From the NCBI RefSeq assembly GCF_963921235.1, contig NC_086097.1:179058001-179122000 (forward strand): 64,000 nt of DNA. Reading direction: 5' to 3'. Below the pieces are notes generated by a model that was given only the letters and a program-made list of their open reading frames with translations, did no database searches and had not been told where the DNA came from. The stretch is from Mobula hypostoma. Lineage: Eukaryota. The number at the start of each line of letters is the position of its first letter. The stretch's first letter is position 1. Positions 36,576 to 50,200 of the stretch are shown piece by piece. The translations under genes and the position numbers were made by a program.

Positions 36576-38990
36576 GAATCTGAGGGGGACCAATATCCTT
36601 GCAGGCAAGTTTGCTATAGCTGTTTAAGCTAATAAGGCAGGGGGATGTGGAACCAGTATGATCAAGCTGAGGATGAGCCAGCAAGTTTAAAGTAGATGAT
36701 GTAATATGCAACATGAATGTAAGGAAGAACAAGTCATTGATCAGGTAAACTGCAGACAGAGCAAAGAGTTAAGTTGTACCACAGAGGCAAAATTCAAAAG
36801 GGCAAAGAATGCAGGACTGAAGATGCTGTATTTAAATACACGTAGATGGTGCAATTAGAGATTGGTCAATATGACTGAGTCGTGGCTGAAAGAAGGTCAT
36901 AGCTGGGAGTTTAACATCAAAGGATGTACTTTGCACAGGAAGGCATAGGCAGTGGTGTGGCCCTGTTGGTAATAGATGGAATTACATCTTTAGAAAGAGG
37001 TGACATAGGGTGAGAATGTTGAATCTTTGTGGTTGGAGTTAAGAAATTGCAAGGGATGAAAAACCATTACGGGAATCATATATAGGCCACCAAATAGTAG
37101 CCAAGATGTGAGGTTGAGATTACAAAGGGAGCTTGAAAAGGCATGTAATAAGGGTAATGATGCAATTGTAATGGGAGACTTCAATACGCAAGGAGATTGG
37201 GAAAATCAGGTTGGTGTTGAATCGTAAGAGAGGGAATTTGTTGAATGCCTACATGATGGCTTTTTAGAGCAGCTTGTGCTTGAGCCTACAGAGGGAAAGG
37301 CTATCTTAGATTGGGTGTTGTGGAAGAACACAGATTTTATTAGTCAGCTTAATGTAAAGGAAACCTTTGGAGGCAGTGATCATAATATGAGAGGGAGAAG
37401 CATAAATCACATGTATCAGTATTGCAATGGAATAAAGGGAATTACAGAGGCATGAGAGAGGAGCTTGTCCAGGTGGACTGGAGGTGGCTGAAGTTTCTGG
37501 GAATAGTTCACAAGGCGCAGGATAGATATGTCCCACATAAGAAGAAGTTCTCAAATGGCAGGACAGGGGAACCGTGGCTGACAAGGGAAGTTAAGATCTG
37601 CATAAAAGCCAAGGAAAGGGCATATAAGGTAGCAAAAGTGAGTGGGAAGTTGGATGATTAAGAAGTTTTAGCAATTCAACAAAAGACAACTAAAATGCCA
37701 TAAGAAGGGAAAAGCTGAAATATGAGGGCAAACTAGCTAATAATATAAAGTAGGATACTGAAAGTTTTTTCAGTTATATAAAGAATAAAGGGAGGTAAGA
37801 GTTAATATTGGACCACTGGAAAATCATGCTGGTGAGGTAGTAATGGGGGACAAAGAAATGGCGGATGAATTTAATAAGTGCTTTGCTTCAGTATTTACTG
37901 TAGAGGACATTAAATGTATGCCAGAGGTCCGTAAGTGTCAAGGAGCAGGAGTGAGTGCCATTGCTATTACAAAGGAAAAAATGCTAGGCAAACTCATTGG
38001 TCTTAAGGTGGATAAGTCACCTGGACCAGATGTATTACATCCCAGAGTCCTGAGTGAGGTTGCTGAAGAGATAACGGATGCAATGTTCATGATCTTTCTG
38101 GCTTGGTCCCAGAGGACTGAAAAATTGCAAATGTCACTCCACTCTTTAAGAAGGGAGGAAGACAAAAGAGAGGAAATTATGGGCCAGTTTGCCTAACCTC
38201 AGTGGTTGGGAAAGTGTTGAAGTCCATTATTAAGGATGAGGTTTCGGAGTACTTAGAGACTAATGATAAAACAAGTCAAAGTCAGCATGGTTTCTGTAAA
38301 GAGAAATCTTCCCTGACAAATCTGTTAGAGTTCTTTGAGGAAGTAACAAGCAGGGTGGACAAAGGAGAGGCAGTAGATGCCACTTACTTAGATTTTCAGA
38401 AGACATTTGATAAGGTGCCTCACATGAGGCTGCTTAACAAGATAAAATACTATGGTGTTACAGGAAAGATACTGGCATGGATAGAGGAATGGCTGGCAGG
38501 CAGGAGGCAGCAAGTGGAAATCTGCCAGTGACTAGTGGTGTTCCTCAGGGGTCAGTATTGGGACCACTACTTTTCACATTGTTTGTCAATGATCTAGATA
38601 GTGGAATTGATGGCTTTGTGGCAAAGTTTGTGGATGATACTAAGCTAGCTGGAGGGGTAGGTAGTGCTGAGGAAGCAATGTGATTACAGCAAGACTTAGA
38701 CAAACTGGACGTATGGGCAAAAAGCAGCAGATGGAATGCAGTGTTGGGAAATGTATGATAATGCATTTTGGAAAAAGGAACAATAGTGTGGACTATTATC
38801 TAAATGGGGAGAAAATTCAAACATCAGAGGTGCAGAGGGACTTAGGAGTCCTTATGCAAGACTCCCAGAGGGTTAATTTACATGGTGAGTCTGTGGTAAA
38901 GAAGACAAATGCAATGTTGGCATTTATTTCAAGCAGAATAGAATATAAAATGAGGAGATAACACTGAAGCTTTTTAAGACACTATTCAGG
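36575..38990 (+). mobile_element. Decayed CR1 ORF2 of a second subfamily
   Basis: APE and RT remnants (KSPGPDVLHPRVL, YLDFQKTFDKVPH, KFVDDTK). A matching tcttatgg-type tail lies at ~40905-40930. Confidence 0.92.
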
Positions 38991-40903
38991 TGCATTATAG
39001 GTATAGGCAGGTAGGAACTAATGAGGTACTTGAGGAGTATAAGAAACGCAAGAGAATATTCAAGAAAGAAATCAGGATGGCTAGAAGAAGACGTGTTTGC
39101 AGACAAGGTGAAAGAGAATCCTAAGGGATTCTACAAATACGTTAAGAGCAGAAGGATTGCAAGGGACAACATTGGTCCTCTGGAAGATCAGAACAGTAAT
39201 CTATGGTGGAGCCAAAAGAGATGGGGAAGATCTTAAATGGATTGTTTTACATCTCTATTTATGCAGGAGATGGATACGGAGTCTACAGAAGTGAAGTAAA
39301 GCAGCAGTGAGGTCATGGACCCTATATAGATTACAGAGCAGGAGATGTTTGCAGTCCTGAGGCAAATTAGGGTGGACAAATCCTGAGGGCCTGACAAGGT
39401 GTTCCCTCAGACACTGTGGGAGGCAAGTGCAGAAATTGCAGGGGCCATAGCTGAGATATTTAAATCATCCTTAGCAACTGGTGAGGTACCAGAGGATTGG
39501 AGGATAGCTAATGTTGTTCTGCTGTTTAAGAAAGGCTCTAAGAATAAACTGGGAAATTATAGGCCAGTGAGCCTGACATCAGAAGTGGATAGTTATTGGA
39601 AGGTATTCTGGGAGACCGGATATGTAAGTATTTGGATAGTTAGGAACTGATTAGGGATAATCAACAAAGCTTTGTGTGTGGTAGGCCATGTCTAACCAAT
39701 CTTTTAGAATTTTTCAAGGATGTTACCAGAAAAGTTGATGAAGGCAAGGTAGTGGATGTTGCCTACATGGACTTCAGCAAGGCACTTGACAAGGTATCGA
39801 ATGGGAGGTTGGTCAAGAAGGTTCAGTCAATCACTTGGCATTCAAGATGTGATAGTATCTTGGCTTTGCGGGAGAAACCAGAGAGTGGTAGAATATGGTT
39901 GCCTCTCTGACTGGAGGCCTGTGATGAGTGAAGTGCTGTAGGGATTGGTGCTGGGTCCATTGTTGTTTGTCAACTATAGCAACGAGCTGGATAATAACAG
40001 GATCAGCAAATTTGGGTATGACACCAAGATTGTGGGTGTAATGGACAGCAAGGAAGAATAGTGGGAAGCTTGCGGTGGGATCTGGATCAACTGGAAAAAT
40101 GGCAGATGGAATTTAATGGAGACAAGTGTGAGGTGTTGAACTTTGGCAGGGCCGATCGGGGTAGATCTTACACAGTGGACGATAGGACCCTGAGGAGTGC
40201 AACAGAACAAACGGTTCTCGGAATACAGGTCTATAATTCATTGAAAGTGACGTCATAGCTGGACAGAATCATAAAGAAAACTTTTGGCACACTGGCCTTC
40301 ATAGATCAAAGTATTGTGTACAGGAGCTGAGATGTTTTGTTAAAGTTGGACAAGATGCTGGTGAAGCCTAATTTGGAGTATTGTGTGCAGTTCGGCTCAA
40401 CCACCCACAGGAAATATAACAATAAGATGGAAAGAGTACCAACAAAATTTACAAGGATGTTGCCAAGACTGGAGGATCTGAGTAATAAGGAAAGATTGAA
40501 TAGGTTTGAACTTTATTTTCTAGTACATAGAAGATTGAGGGGAGATTTGATAGAGGTACAGTATACAAAATTATGAGTGGTATAGATAGGATAAATGCAA
40601 GCAGGCTTTTTCACTGAGGTTGAGTGAGGCTTCTACTTGAGGTCATGGATTAAGGGTGAAAGGTGAAATACTTAAGAGGAAGGTGAGGGGAAGCTTCTTG
40701 ACTCAGAGGATGGTGAGAGTGTGGAATGAGCTGCAAGTGCAAGTGGTGGATGTAATTTCAATTTCAACATTTAAGAGGTTTGTATAGGGACATGGATGGG
40801 AGGAGAATGGAGGGCTATGGTCTAGGTGCAGGTTAATGGGATGGCACAGACTAGATGGGCTGAAGGGCCTGTTTCTGTGCTGTAGTTTTCTGTGACTCTG
40901 TGC
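38990..40903 (+). mobile_element. Decayed CR1 ORF2 3' two-thirds
   Basis: DKVKENPKGFY, PEDWRIANV, YMDFSKALDKV and LEYCVQF, with tail ttctgtgactctgtg. Confidence 0.92.
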
Positions 40904-41194
40904 TATGTCTTATGGTTTTATGGTCTTATAATTATCTCCACATTGTACATTCTAATACAGCTTCAGCTAAGGAAACCATGCTAGAATGATTGATATGGTT
41001 GATAACAGAATGAAGAGGTGACACTTCCCCAGTTCAGACAAAAGGTCTTTGATCTGAAACACTGACCCTGCTTCTCAACATTAACCTCTCTTGACAGACA
41101 CTGACCAATCAGTCAATGTTTCTAGCACCCTGGAACAGGTGGTATGAGAGAGTGAGCTGTGATCTGATAAATTATGAAGAAATTTATAGAGACA

Positions 41195-41515
41195 GACAGT
41201 TATGGAGAAAACAGACTCTTCAGAATAATTCATCTTTGTTGATCAAGCCACCTACCTGAGCTAGTCCCATTTGCCAGCATTCGACCCTACCTTTCCTATC
41301 CATGTACATGTCCAAATGTCTTTTAAATGTTGTAATTGTAGCTGCCTCTTCCACTTCCTCTAACAGGTCAATCCATATACCCACCATCCTGAGCGTGGAA
41401 AAATTTGCCCCTCAAGTCCCCTTTAAATCTTGCCCCTTCCACTTTAAATCTATGCCATCTGATTTTAGAAAGCCCTACCCTGTGAAAAAGACAGTTACCG
41501 TCAACCTTATCTACA
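41195..41515 (-). mobile_element. CR1 3' fragment
   Basis: ctatccatgtacatgtccaaatgtcttttaaatgttg and ttgcccctcaagtcccctttaaatc are reverse-complement CR1 3' motifs. Confidence 0.8.
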
Positions 41516-41972
41516 TCCCGGCTTCTGTTTCCTATATTCCCATATTATGAGGAAAGACGTTTCTCCTGAAATCCCAAGGGATTCATTAGAGACTGTCTTA
41601 TATTTATGACTTCCAGATGTGAACTCCCCAGATGTGGAAACATCCTCACTGTGTCTGTCTATGCAAACATCTTCATAATTTTAAGCATTATAATCAGGTC
41701 ACGGCTCACTCTCTCCTGCCACCTGTTCCAGGATGCTGGAGATAGCGACAGGTTGGTCAGTGCCTATGGAGGGAGAAGCAGGGTCAAAGTTTCAAAGATC
41801 TTTCATCTGAACTGGGGAAGTGGCGTCCTTTCTTTCAGTTAGCAATTTTGTACATCATTTTAGCATTGTTTCCATTACCAAAGCTGCATTTGAATGTACA
41901 GTACATGGTTAAATATTACCTCAATTTATAAAATCATAAAACTATAAGACTATAAGACATAGGAGCAGAATT

Positions 41973-44043
41973 ACAAGTTTAATTCCAGTTTAAGATGGTG
42001 CTACCGAACGTGGGTGGCAGCTCACTGGTAGTTCAAAAGGCAAGAAATTCAACTAGAACTATTACTAATAACACCTTTTATGAAGTAAGTTGTGGTAAAT
42101 TATTACTACAAACAATGAAGAGGCGAGTGAATACAAAGCAAATTTGAGGGATGAGTTATGGTACGTTGCAGAATTGCAGATGGAGTGAGCCACTCAGACA
42201 GGAGAAACATAGAAACATAGAAAATAGGTGCAAGAGTAGGCCATTCGGCCCTTTGAGCCTGCACCGCTATTCAGTATGATCATGGCTGATCATCCAACTC
42301 AGAACCCTGTACCAGCCTTCCCTCCATACCCCCGATCCCCCTAGCCACAAGGGCCATATCTAACTCCCTCTTAAATATAGCCAATGAACTGGCCTCAACT
42401 GTTTCCTGTGGCAAAGAATTCCACAGATTCACCACACTCTGTGTGAAGAAGTTTTTCCTAATCTCGGTCCTAAAAGGCTTCCCCTTTATCCTCAAACTGT
42501 GACTCCTCGTTCTGGACTTCCCCAACATTGGGAACAATCTTCCTGCACCTAGCCTGTCCAATCCCTGTAGGATTTTATACATTTCAATCAGATCCCCCCT
42601 CAATCTTCTAAATTCCAACGAGTATAAGCCTAGTTCATCCAGTCTTTCATCATATGAAAGTCCTGCCATCCCAGGAATCAATCTGGTGAACCTTCTTTGT
42701 AGTCCCTCTATGGCAAGGATGTCTTTCCTCAGATTAGGGGACCAAAACTGCACACAATACTCCAGGTTTGGTCTCACCAAGGCCTTGTACAACTGCAGTA
42801 GAACCTCCCTGTTCCTGTACTCAAATCCTCTTGCCAGCATACCATTCGCCTTTTTCGCCGCCTGCTGTACCTGCATGCCCACTTTCAATGACTGGTGTAT
42901 AATGACACCCAGGTCTCGTTGCACCTCCCCTTTTCCTAATCGGCCACCATTCAGATAATAATCTGTTTTCCTGTTTTTGCTACCAAAGTGGATAACTTCA
43001 CATTTATCCACATTAAATTGCATCTGCCATGAATTTTCCCACTCACCTAACCTATCCAAGTCACCCTGCATCCTCTTAGCATCCTCCTCACAGCTAACAC
43101 TGCCGCCCAGCTTCGTGTCATCCGCAAACTTGGAGATGCTGCATTTAATTCCCTCATCCAAGTCATTAATATTTATTGTAAACAACTGGGGTCCCAGCAC
43201 TGAGCCTTGCGGTACCCCACTAGTCACTGCCTGCCATTCTGAAAAGGTCCCGTTTATTCCCACTCTTTGCTTCCTGTCTGCCAACCAATTCTCTATCCAC
43301 ATCAATACCTTACCCCTAATACCGTGTGCTTTAAGTTTGTACACTAATCTCCTGTGTGGGACCTTGTCAAAAGCCTTTTGAAAATCCAAATACACCACAT
43401 CCACTGGTTCTCCCCTATCCACTCTACTAGTTACATCCTCAAAAAATTCTATGAGATTCATCAGACATGAAGCCGGGATTTCGATACCCGTGCAACTGGC
43501 CCAGGTGTGAGGTCGGATTGTTCTGGACACCGAGCTGTTTTGGAGAAATCGAGAGCAGCTTCGGGCTGGGCAGCAAAATCTGGGCCCAGAGCAAGTCTCT
43601 GGGCAGTGTGTACCAGGCCAGGAGGCTTTCACAGCAGTGGAGCCCAAGTCCTAGTGTGAGGTACAATACACTGGTTGGGCAATTTAAATGATATACTGGA
43701 AAGCCAGGGTGTCGAGATGGGGGTGGGGTGGAATTTTGTTTGCTCTCCCGCGATGGCACCAGCTGCAATGCTCTGTGATGCACTGATACCGAGGCTAGGG
43801 CCTACTCTGGCTGCTCTGGGGTTTGGATCTAAGACTCATTTTGGTTCGGAATGTGTTGCTCTTTCCTATCGTCTGCATGATTTGTATTTTTACCCTCTCC
43901 CTGCACATCGGGTGTTGCCCTTTATTTTTTTTTATTTGGTTCTTTCAGGTTTCTTGCTTTGTGGCTGCCTGTAAGCAACAAATCTTAAGGTTGTATAATT
44001 TATACATTCATAGATAATAGATGTACTTTGACATCTTTGAATC
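41973..44043 (+). mobile_element. Non-autonomous retroelement with Rex1-like 3' tail, hosting a young CR1
   Basis: Begins near aagatggtg and ends ttaaggttgtataatttatacattcatagataatagatgtactttgacatctttgaatc. No ORF of its own recognised. Interrupts the CR1 above. Confidence 0.55.
42205..43465 (-). mobile_element. Young 5'-truncated CR1 with an uninterrupted RT C-terminal frame
   Basis: ORF 42280..43647 from SCLMNLIEFFED onward, reverse-complement tail gaaacatagaaacatagaaa, flanked by tcagacagga (42195-42204) and tcagacatga (43461-43470). Confidence 0.96.
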
Positions 44044-44943
44044 AAGCCATTTTCCCCATCAAGATTGCTCTGCCATTCGATCATGTCTGATTTGTTTTCC
44101 CTCTCAGCCCTGTTCTCCAGCTTTCACTCCACAACCTATGATGCTCTTATTAATTAAGCACTTAACAACCCGGTGACTTGGACTCCAGAGCTAGTTGAGG
44201 CAATGAATTCCACAGATTCACCATCCTTGGCTGAAGAAATTCCTCCTCATCTCTGTTCTAAACGGACCGCCCTCTATTCTGAGCCTGTGCCTCCCAGTCG
44301 TGGACTCTCCCACGCTTGGAAACATCCTCTGCACATCCATCTTATCCAGGCCTTCAATATTCAGTAAATTTCGATAAGGTCCTCCTATTCTTCTGAACTT
44401 CAGTGAGTACAGGCCCAGACCCATCAAACACTCCTCACATGTTAACCCTTTCATTCCCAGGATCTTTCTTGTCAAACATCACAGCCAAGACGGCCATCAT
44501 GTCAGATTCTTCAGATTTCCAGAATTCAGGATTATTATCAGGTTTATTATCTCTGGCATATTTTGTGAAATTCCTTGCTTTGCAGCAGCAGCACAGTGCA
44601 AGCCATGACATTATTGTAAGTTACAGAAATAAACAAACAGTGCACACCAGCAATCAGATCGAAGGCATGAGAAGACGTAGATCACTCAAGTTCACCGATT
44701 GAGTCCACAAGGCATCGATTTGCAGCAGTTTGGTTTTCGAACAGTGGCTAAGCAGTGAGCAGGATTGATTGGCAAGAACAAATAAAAATAAGGCACAGGA
44801 AAACAGAGCGGCCTTTGTCGCGGTGGACATTGTTAGAATGGTTATTTGAGGCTTTAGCTCTTTGACACTTCGGTGAGGAGAGGCTTCTGTGAGAGAAGGT
44901 GAAAAAGAGGTAGGCAGATTTTTTTCCAGTTTATTTATTGCTT

Positions 44944-45257
44944 CATAGAAACATAGAAACATAGAAAATAGGTGCAGGAGTAGGCCATTCGGCCCTTCGA
45001 GCCTGCAATGCCATTTATTATGATCATGGCTGATCATCCAACTCAGAACCCTGCCCCAGCCTTCTCTCCATACCCCCTGATCCCCGTAGCCACAAGGGCC
45101 ATATCTAACTCCCTCTTAAATATAGCCAATGAACTGGCCTCAACTGTTTCCTGTGGCAGAGAATTCCACAGATTCACCACTCTCTGTGTGAAGAAGTTTT
45201 TCCTAATCTCGGTCCTAAAAGGCTTCCCCTTTATCCTCAAACTGTGACCCCTCGTTC
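44944..45257 (-). mobile_element. Young CR1 3' end
   Basis: Nearly identical to 42205-42512, with catagaaacatagaaacatagaaa tail. Confidence 0.93.
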
Positions 45258-45996
45258 TTCCTTCTCTATATTTGTACTGTTAAAACAGTAGGGATGCCAG
45301 ACAGTTGAGTACTCCTGTTGCGGGATGCTGGAAGATCAGGGAGACCTCCAGTGTCCTTGCAAGAGGTACATCCAGGGGCAGCTTCTAGCACTCCGGATAA
45401 TTCAGGAGGCTGAAGGGGTGATAGACAGGACAAATCAAAGAAAGTTACGCCCAAGGTGTAGCACACAGGAGACTGGGTGATAGTCAGAAAAGGGGAAAGG
45501 GGTCAAACAGCTGGCGGCCATCCCCTCTACAACAGGCATACCACTTTGGACACCGTCGGGGGGGGAATGACCTAATAGAGGAAAGTCACAGTGGTCAGGT
45601 CTCTGGCACTAAATCAGGCTCTGTGACTCAGAAGGGAAGCAGGGAGAAGAGGTGATCTGTGATGAAAGGGTTAGGGAAACAGAAAGGATGTCTGTGGATG
45701 AGAACGAGATCCCCAGATGGTATGTTGCCTCCTGGGTGCCAGATTCCAGGGCACCTCGGATTCAGTCCTAAGCATTCTTAAGTGGGAAGTAAGCGGACTA
45801 GATGGGATAGAGTTTGTCAAATGTTTTCAGGAAAGTTTCCTTAATCGGTACCTATACATCCCAAGACGCGAGTGTGCGATACTTGATCTCCTATTAGTGA
45901 ATGAGACAGGGCAGGTGACAGATATTTGTGTAGGGGAACACTTTGCATCTAGTGACCACAATCCCATTAGTTTCAAGGTAAATAAGGAAAAAGACT

Positions 45997-46232
45997 GTAA
46001 AACCATAAGACCATAAGACATAAGAGCAGAATTAGGCCATCTGGCCCATCGAGTCTGCTCTGGCATTCAATCATGGCTGTTCCTTTTTTTCTCATCCTCA
46101 ACCCTAGTTCCCGGCCTTCTCCCCGTAACCTATGTTGCCATGTCCAATCAAGAACCTATTAATCTTGGCCTTAAATACACCCAACAACCTAGCCTCCACA
46201 GCTGCCTGTGGTAACAAATTCCACAAATTCTC
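45997..46232 (-). mobile_element. CR1 3' end
   Basis: accataagaccataagacataag tail and NLWNLLPQAAVEA on the minus strand. Confidence 0.88.
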
Positions 46233-46513
46233 CACATAAAAAAGATAAGTCTGGTCCACAAGTTGAGATTCTAAGTTGGGAAAAGGCCAACTTTGATGAT
46301 CTGGCAAGTGTGGATTTGGACAGGCTGGTTTCTGGCAAAGGGGTACTTGGTAAGTGGGAGGACTTCAAAAGTGAAATTTTGAGAGAAAAAAGCTTGTATG
46401 TGCCAGTCAGATTAAAAGGTAAAGATAACTGTTTTGGGGAACATTGGTTTTCAGGAGATATTGAGGCCATAGTTAAGAATAAAAGAGGTGCATAGCAGGT
46501 ATAGGCAGGTAGG

Positions 46514-47168
46514 AACACAAAATACTCTGCAGATGCTGGGGTCAAAGCAACACGCACAACACGCTGGAGGAACTCAGCAAGTCAGGCAGCATCTGTGCAA
46601 ACGGTCAGTCAACGTTTTGGGCTGAAACCCTTCATCAGGACTGAAGAGGGAAGGGGCAGAGGCCCTATAAAGAAGGTGGGGGGGGGGACGGTGGGAAGGA
46701 GAAGGCTGGTAGGTGCCAGGTGAAAAACCAGTAAGGGGAAAGACAAAGGGGTGGGGGAGGGGAAGCCGTCTGGGATGTCTCCAGCCCCTTGGTACGAACA
46801 TTGAATTCTCCAACTTCCAGTAGTCCCCTCCCCCTCCCTTCCCCCATCCCAGTTTCACTCTTCCCCCCCCAGCTGCCTATCACCTCCCTCATGGTTCCGC
46901 CTCCTTCTACTACCCATCGTGCTTTCCCTTATTCCTTCTTCACCTTTCCTGCCTATCACCTCCCTGCCTCCCTTCCCCACCCCTTTGTCTTTCCCCTTAC
47001 TGGTTTTTCACCTGGAACCTACCAGCCTTCTCCTTCCCACCCTCCCCCCACCTTCTTTATAGGGCCTCTACCCCTTCCCTCTACAGTCCTGACGAAGGGT
47101 TCCGGCCCGAAACATTGACTGATCGTTTCCACGGATGCTGCCCGACCTGCTGAGTTCCTCCAGCGTGT
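46514..47168. mobile_element. Penelope-like fold-back insertion (~200-bp inverted arms) with TSD of at least 11 bp
   Basis: ~46555-46765 is the reverse complement of ~46965-47168. The right part starts with the last PLE codons RLGCLQPLGTNIEFSNFQ*. taggcaggtag at 46502-46512 and 47169-47179. Confidence 0.93.
47084..47121 (+). ncRNA. Minimal hammerhead-like motif (mirror copy at 46606-46643 on -)
   Basis: cagtc CTGACGA agggttccggccc GAAA catt gactg. The mirror reads cagtcctgatgaagggtttcagcccaaaacgttgactg. Both carry likely weakening changes. Confidence 0.6.
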
Positions 47169-47260
47169 TAGGCAGGTAGCAATAAATGAGGCACTTGAGG
47201 ATTGTAAGAAATACAAGGGAACACTTAAGAAAGAAATTAGGAGGGCTAAAAGAAGGCATG

Positions 47261-50200
47261 ACCTGGACAAAAGGGGTGGGTTACACCTGAACTTCAGGGG
47301 GGACCAATATCCTTGTGGGCAGGTTTGCTAGAGATGCTCTGGAGGGTTCAAACTACTTTGGCAAGGGGATGGGAACTGGAGTGACAGAACTGAGGATGAG
47401 GTAGTTGGTTTACAGGGGCTGTGTGCAGTGAGGCTCCTAGCAAGGAAAGGCTGATGATAGGGAAAAATCGCAGTCAACAGGATGGGTTGCAATGTAAAAG
47501 GCAGACAAAATCGAGGGAAAAGGGTTAATGCAGGACTGAAGGTGTTAAATTTGAATGTGCGCAGCGTACAGAGATTGGCATGTAGATGTTGTAGGCATCA
47601 TTGAATCATAGCTGAAAGAGGTTTATAATTGGGAGCTTAATGTCCAAGGATACATATTGTATTAAAAGGACAGGTAGGAATGCAGAGGGGGTGGCATGGT
47701 GCTGTTGGTAAAATATGAAATTAAGTAATTATAGAGAGGTGACATAAGGTCAGAATGTGTTGAATCAATGTAGATAGAACTAAAGAACTGCAAGGGTAAA
47801 AGGACCCTGATGGGAGTTATATACAGCCCCCAAATGTAGTAAGGATATGGTCGACACGTTATAATGGGAGATAGAAAATGCATGCCAAAATGGCAATGAT
47901 ACAATAGTCTTGGGGAATTTCAATAAGTAGGTAGATTGGGAAAATCAGGTTGTTGCGGAGTTCCAGGATGGGGAATTTCTAGAATGCCTACAAGGTGGCT
48001 TTTTAGAGCAGCTCATGGTTGAGCCCACTAGGGGATCAGCTATTCTGGATTGGGTTCAATAAATTGGAATTGAATAGAACCCTTAGGGGCGGGTGATCAT
48101 AATATGATCAAATTCACCCTGAAATTTGAGAAGGAGAAGCTAGAGTCGGATGTATCAGTATTACACTGGAGTAAAGGGAATTACGGGGGCATGAGAGAGA
48201 AGTTGGCCAGAATAGATTGGAAAAGTACACGGCAGTGATGACAGCAAAGTAGCAATGGCTGGACTTTGGGGAGCAATTTGTAAGGTGAAGGATATATACA
48301 TCCCAAAGAGGAAGATGCATTCTGACGGCAGGATGACACAACATGGCTGACAAGAGATGTCAAAGCCAACATCACGGCCAAAGAGAGGGCCTATAATAAA
48401 GCAAAAATTAGTGAGAAGTTAGAGGATTGTGAAGCTTTTAAAAACCACCAGAAAGCAACTAAAAATGTTATTAAGAAGGAAAAGATGGACTATGAAGTTA
48501 AACTAGCCAATAATATTAAAGAGGATACCAGAAGTTTCTTCAGATACATAAAAGTGTGAAAGAGAGGCAAGAGTGAATATTGGACTGCTGGGAAATGATG
48601 CTGGAGAGGTAGGAATGGGGTCAAGGAAATGGCAGGTGAACTCACAAAGTGTTTTGCATTAGTATTCCCCGTGGAAGACTCTAGTAGTATGCCAGAAGTT
48701 TGAGAGTGTCAGGAGGCAGAAGTCAGTGAAGTTGCCATCACTAAAGAGAAGGTTCTTGGGAAACTGAAAAATCAGAACACAGTTAAGTCACCTGGACAAA
48801 ATGGTATGCAGCCAAGGTTCTGAAAGAAGTGGCTGAAGAGATTGTGGAGGCATTAGTAATGCTCTTTCAAGAATCAATTGATTCTGGCATGGTTCCGGAG
48901 GAATGGAAAATTGCAAATATCACTCCATGCTTTAAGAAGGGAGAGAGGCAGAAAAAGGAAATTATAGGTCAGTTAGTCTGGCCTCAGTGGCTGGGAAGAT
49001 ACTGCAGTCGATTGTTAAGGATGTGGTCCCCGAGTACTTGGATGCACATGATAAAATAAGCCGTAGTCAGCATCGTTTCCACAAGGGAAAATCTTGCCTG
49101 ACAGTCTACTGGAATTCTTTGAAGAAATAACAAGCAGAATAGAGAAAGGACAATCAGCGGATTTAAAAAAAAATTATTGAGATACAATATGGAATAGCCC
49201 CTTCCAGCTCTTTGAGCCACACTTCCAAGCAATCCCTGATATACCCTAGCCTAATCACAGGACAATTTACAATAACCAATTAATCTACTACTGGTATGCC
49301 TTTCAACTGCTGGAGGAAACCCACGTGGTCACAAGATGAAAGTACACACTCCTTACAGGCGCAGAAGTAATTAAACCCCAGTTACCTGTACTGTAAAGCA
49401 TTGTGCTAACCACTGCACTACCTTGCTGTTGTGTACTCGCATTTTTTTAAAAGGCCCTTAACAAAGTGCCACACGTGAGGCTGCTTAACAAGTTAAGAGC
49501 CTATGATTTTACTGGAAAGATACTAGCATGGATAGAGAATTGGTTGATTGGTAGGAGGTAAAGAGTGGGAATAATGGGAGCCTTTTCTGGTTGGCTGCCG
49601 GTGACGAGTGGTGTTCCACAGGGTCTGTGTCAGGACCAATTCTTTTTATGTTATATGTTAATGATTTGGATGATGGAATAGATGACTTTGTGGCCAAGTT
49701 TGCACATGATAAGAAAACTGATGGAGGGGCAGGTAGTTTTCAGGAAGTAGAGAGGCTACAGAAGGTCTTAGACAGATTAGGAGAATGGGCAAAGAAGTGG
49801 CAGATGGAACACAGTATCAGGAAGTGTATGGTCATGCACTTTGGCAAAAGGAATAAACGGATAGATTATTTTCTAAATGGAAAGAAAATTCAAAAATCTG
49901 ATATGCAAAGGGATTTGAGAGTCCTCATGTAGGATTCCCTAAAGGTTAATTTGCAGATTGAATCAGAAGGAAAATACAGTGTTAGCATTCATTTCAAGAG
50001 GACTAAAACAAAAAAAAACAAAGGTATAATGTTGGGGCTTTATAAAGCACTGGTGAGGCCTCACTTGGAGTATTATGAGCAGTTTTGGGCCCCTTATCTA
50101 AGAAAAGATGTGCTGACATTGGAGAGGGTTCAAAGGAAGTTCACAAAAATGATTCCAGGATTGAAAGGCTTGTCATATGACGAGTGTTTGATGGCTCTGG

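Larger units (their letters stand above)
41935..44470 (-). mobile_element. CR1 3' fragment split by nested insertions
   Basis: Tail ataagactataagacataggagcagaatt (to ~41972) resumes as aagccatt at ~44044 and continues to ~44470 (GLYSLKFRR, RTEMRRNFFSQ). Confidence 0.8.

Noticed and set aside
42280..43647. 455-aa novel RT protein or domesticated gene
   Set aside because: The N-terminal ~58 aa is chance read-through from the flanking element into a young 5'-truncated CR1. The RT N-terminus is missing.
42205..45257. Local segmental duplication between 42205-42512 and 44944-45257
   Set aside because: Similarity is confined to the CR1 3' end with different flanks, consistent with two insertions of one young subfamily.
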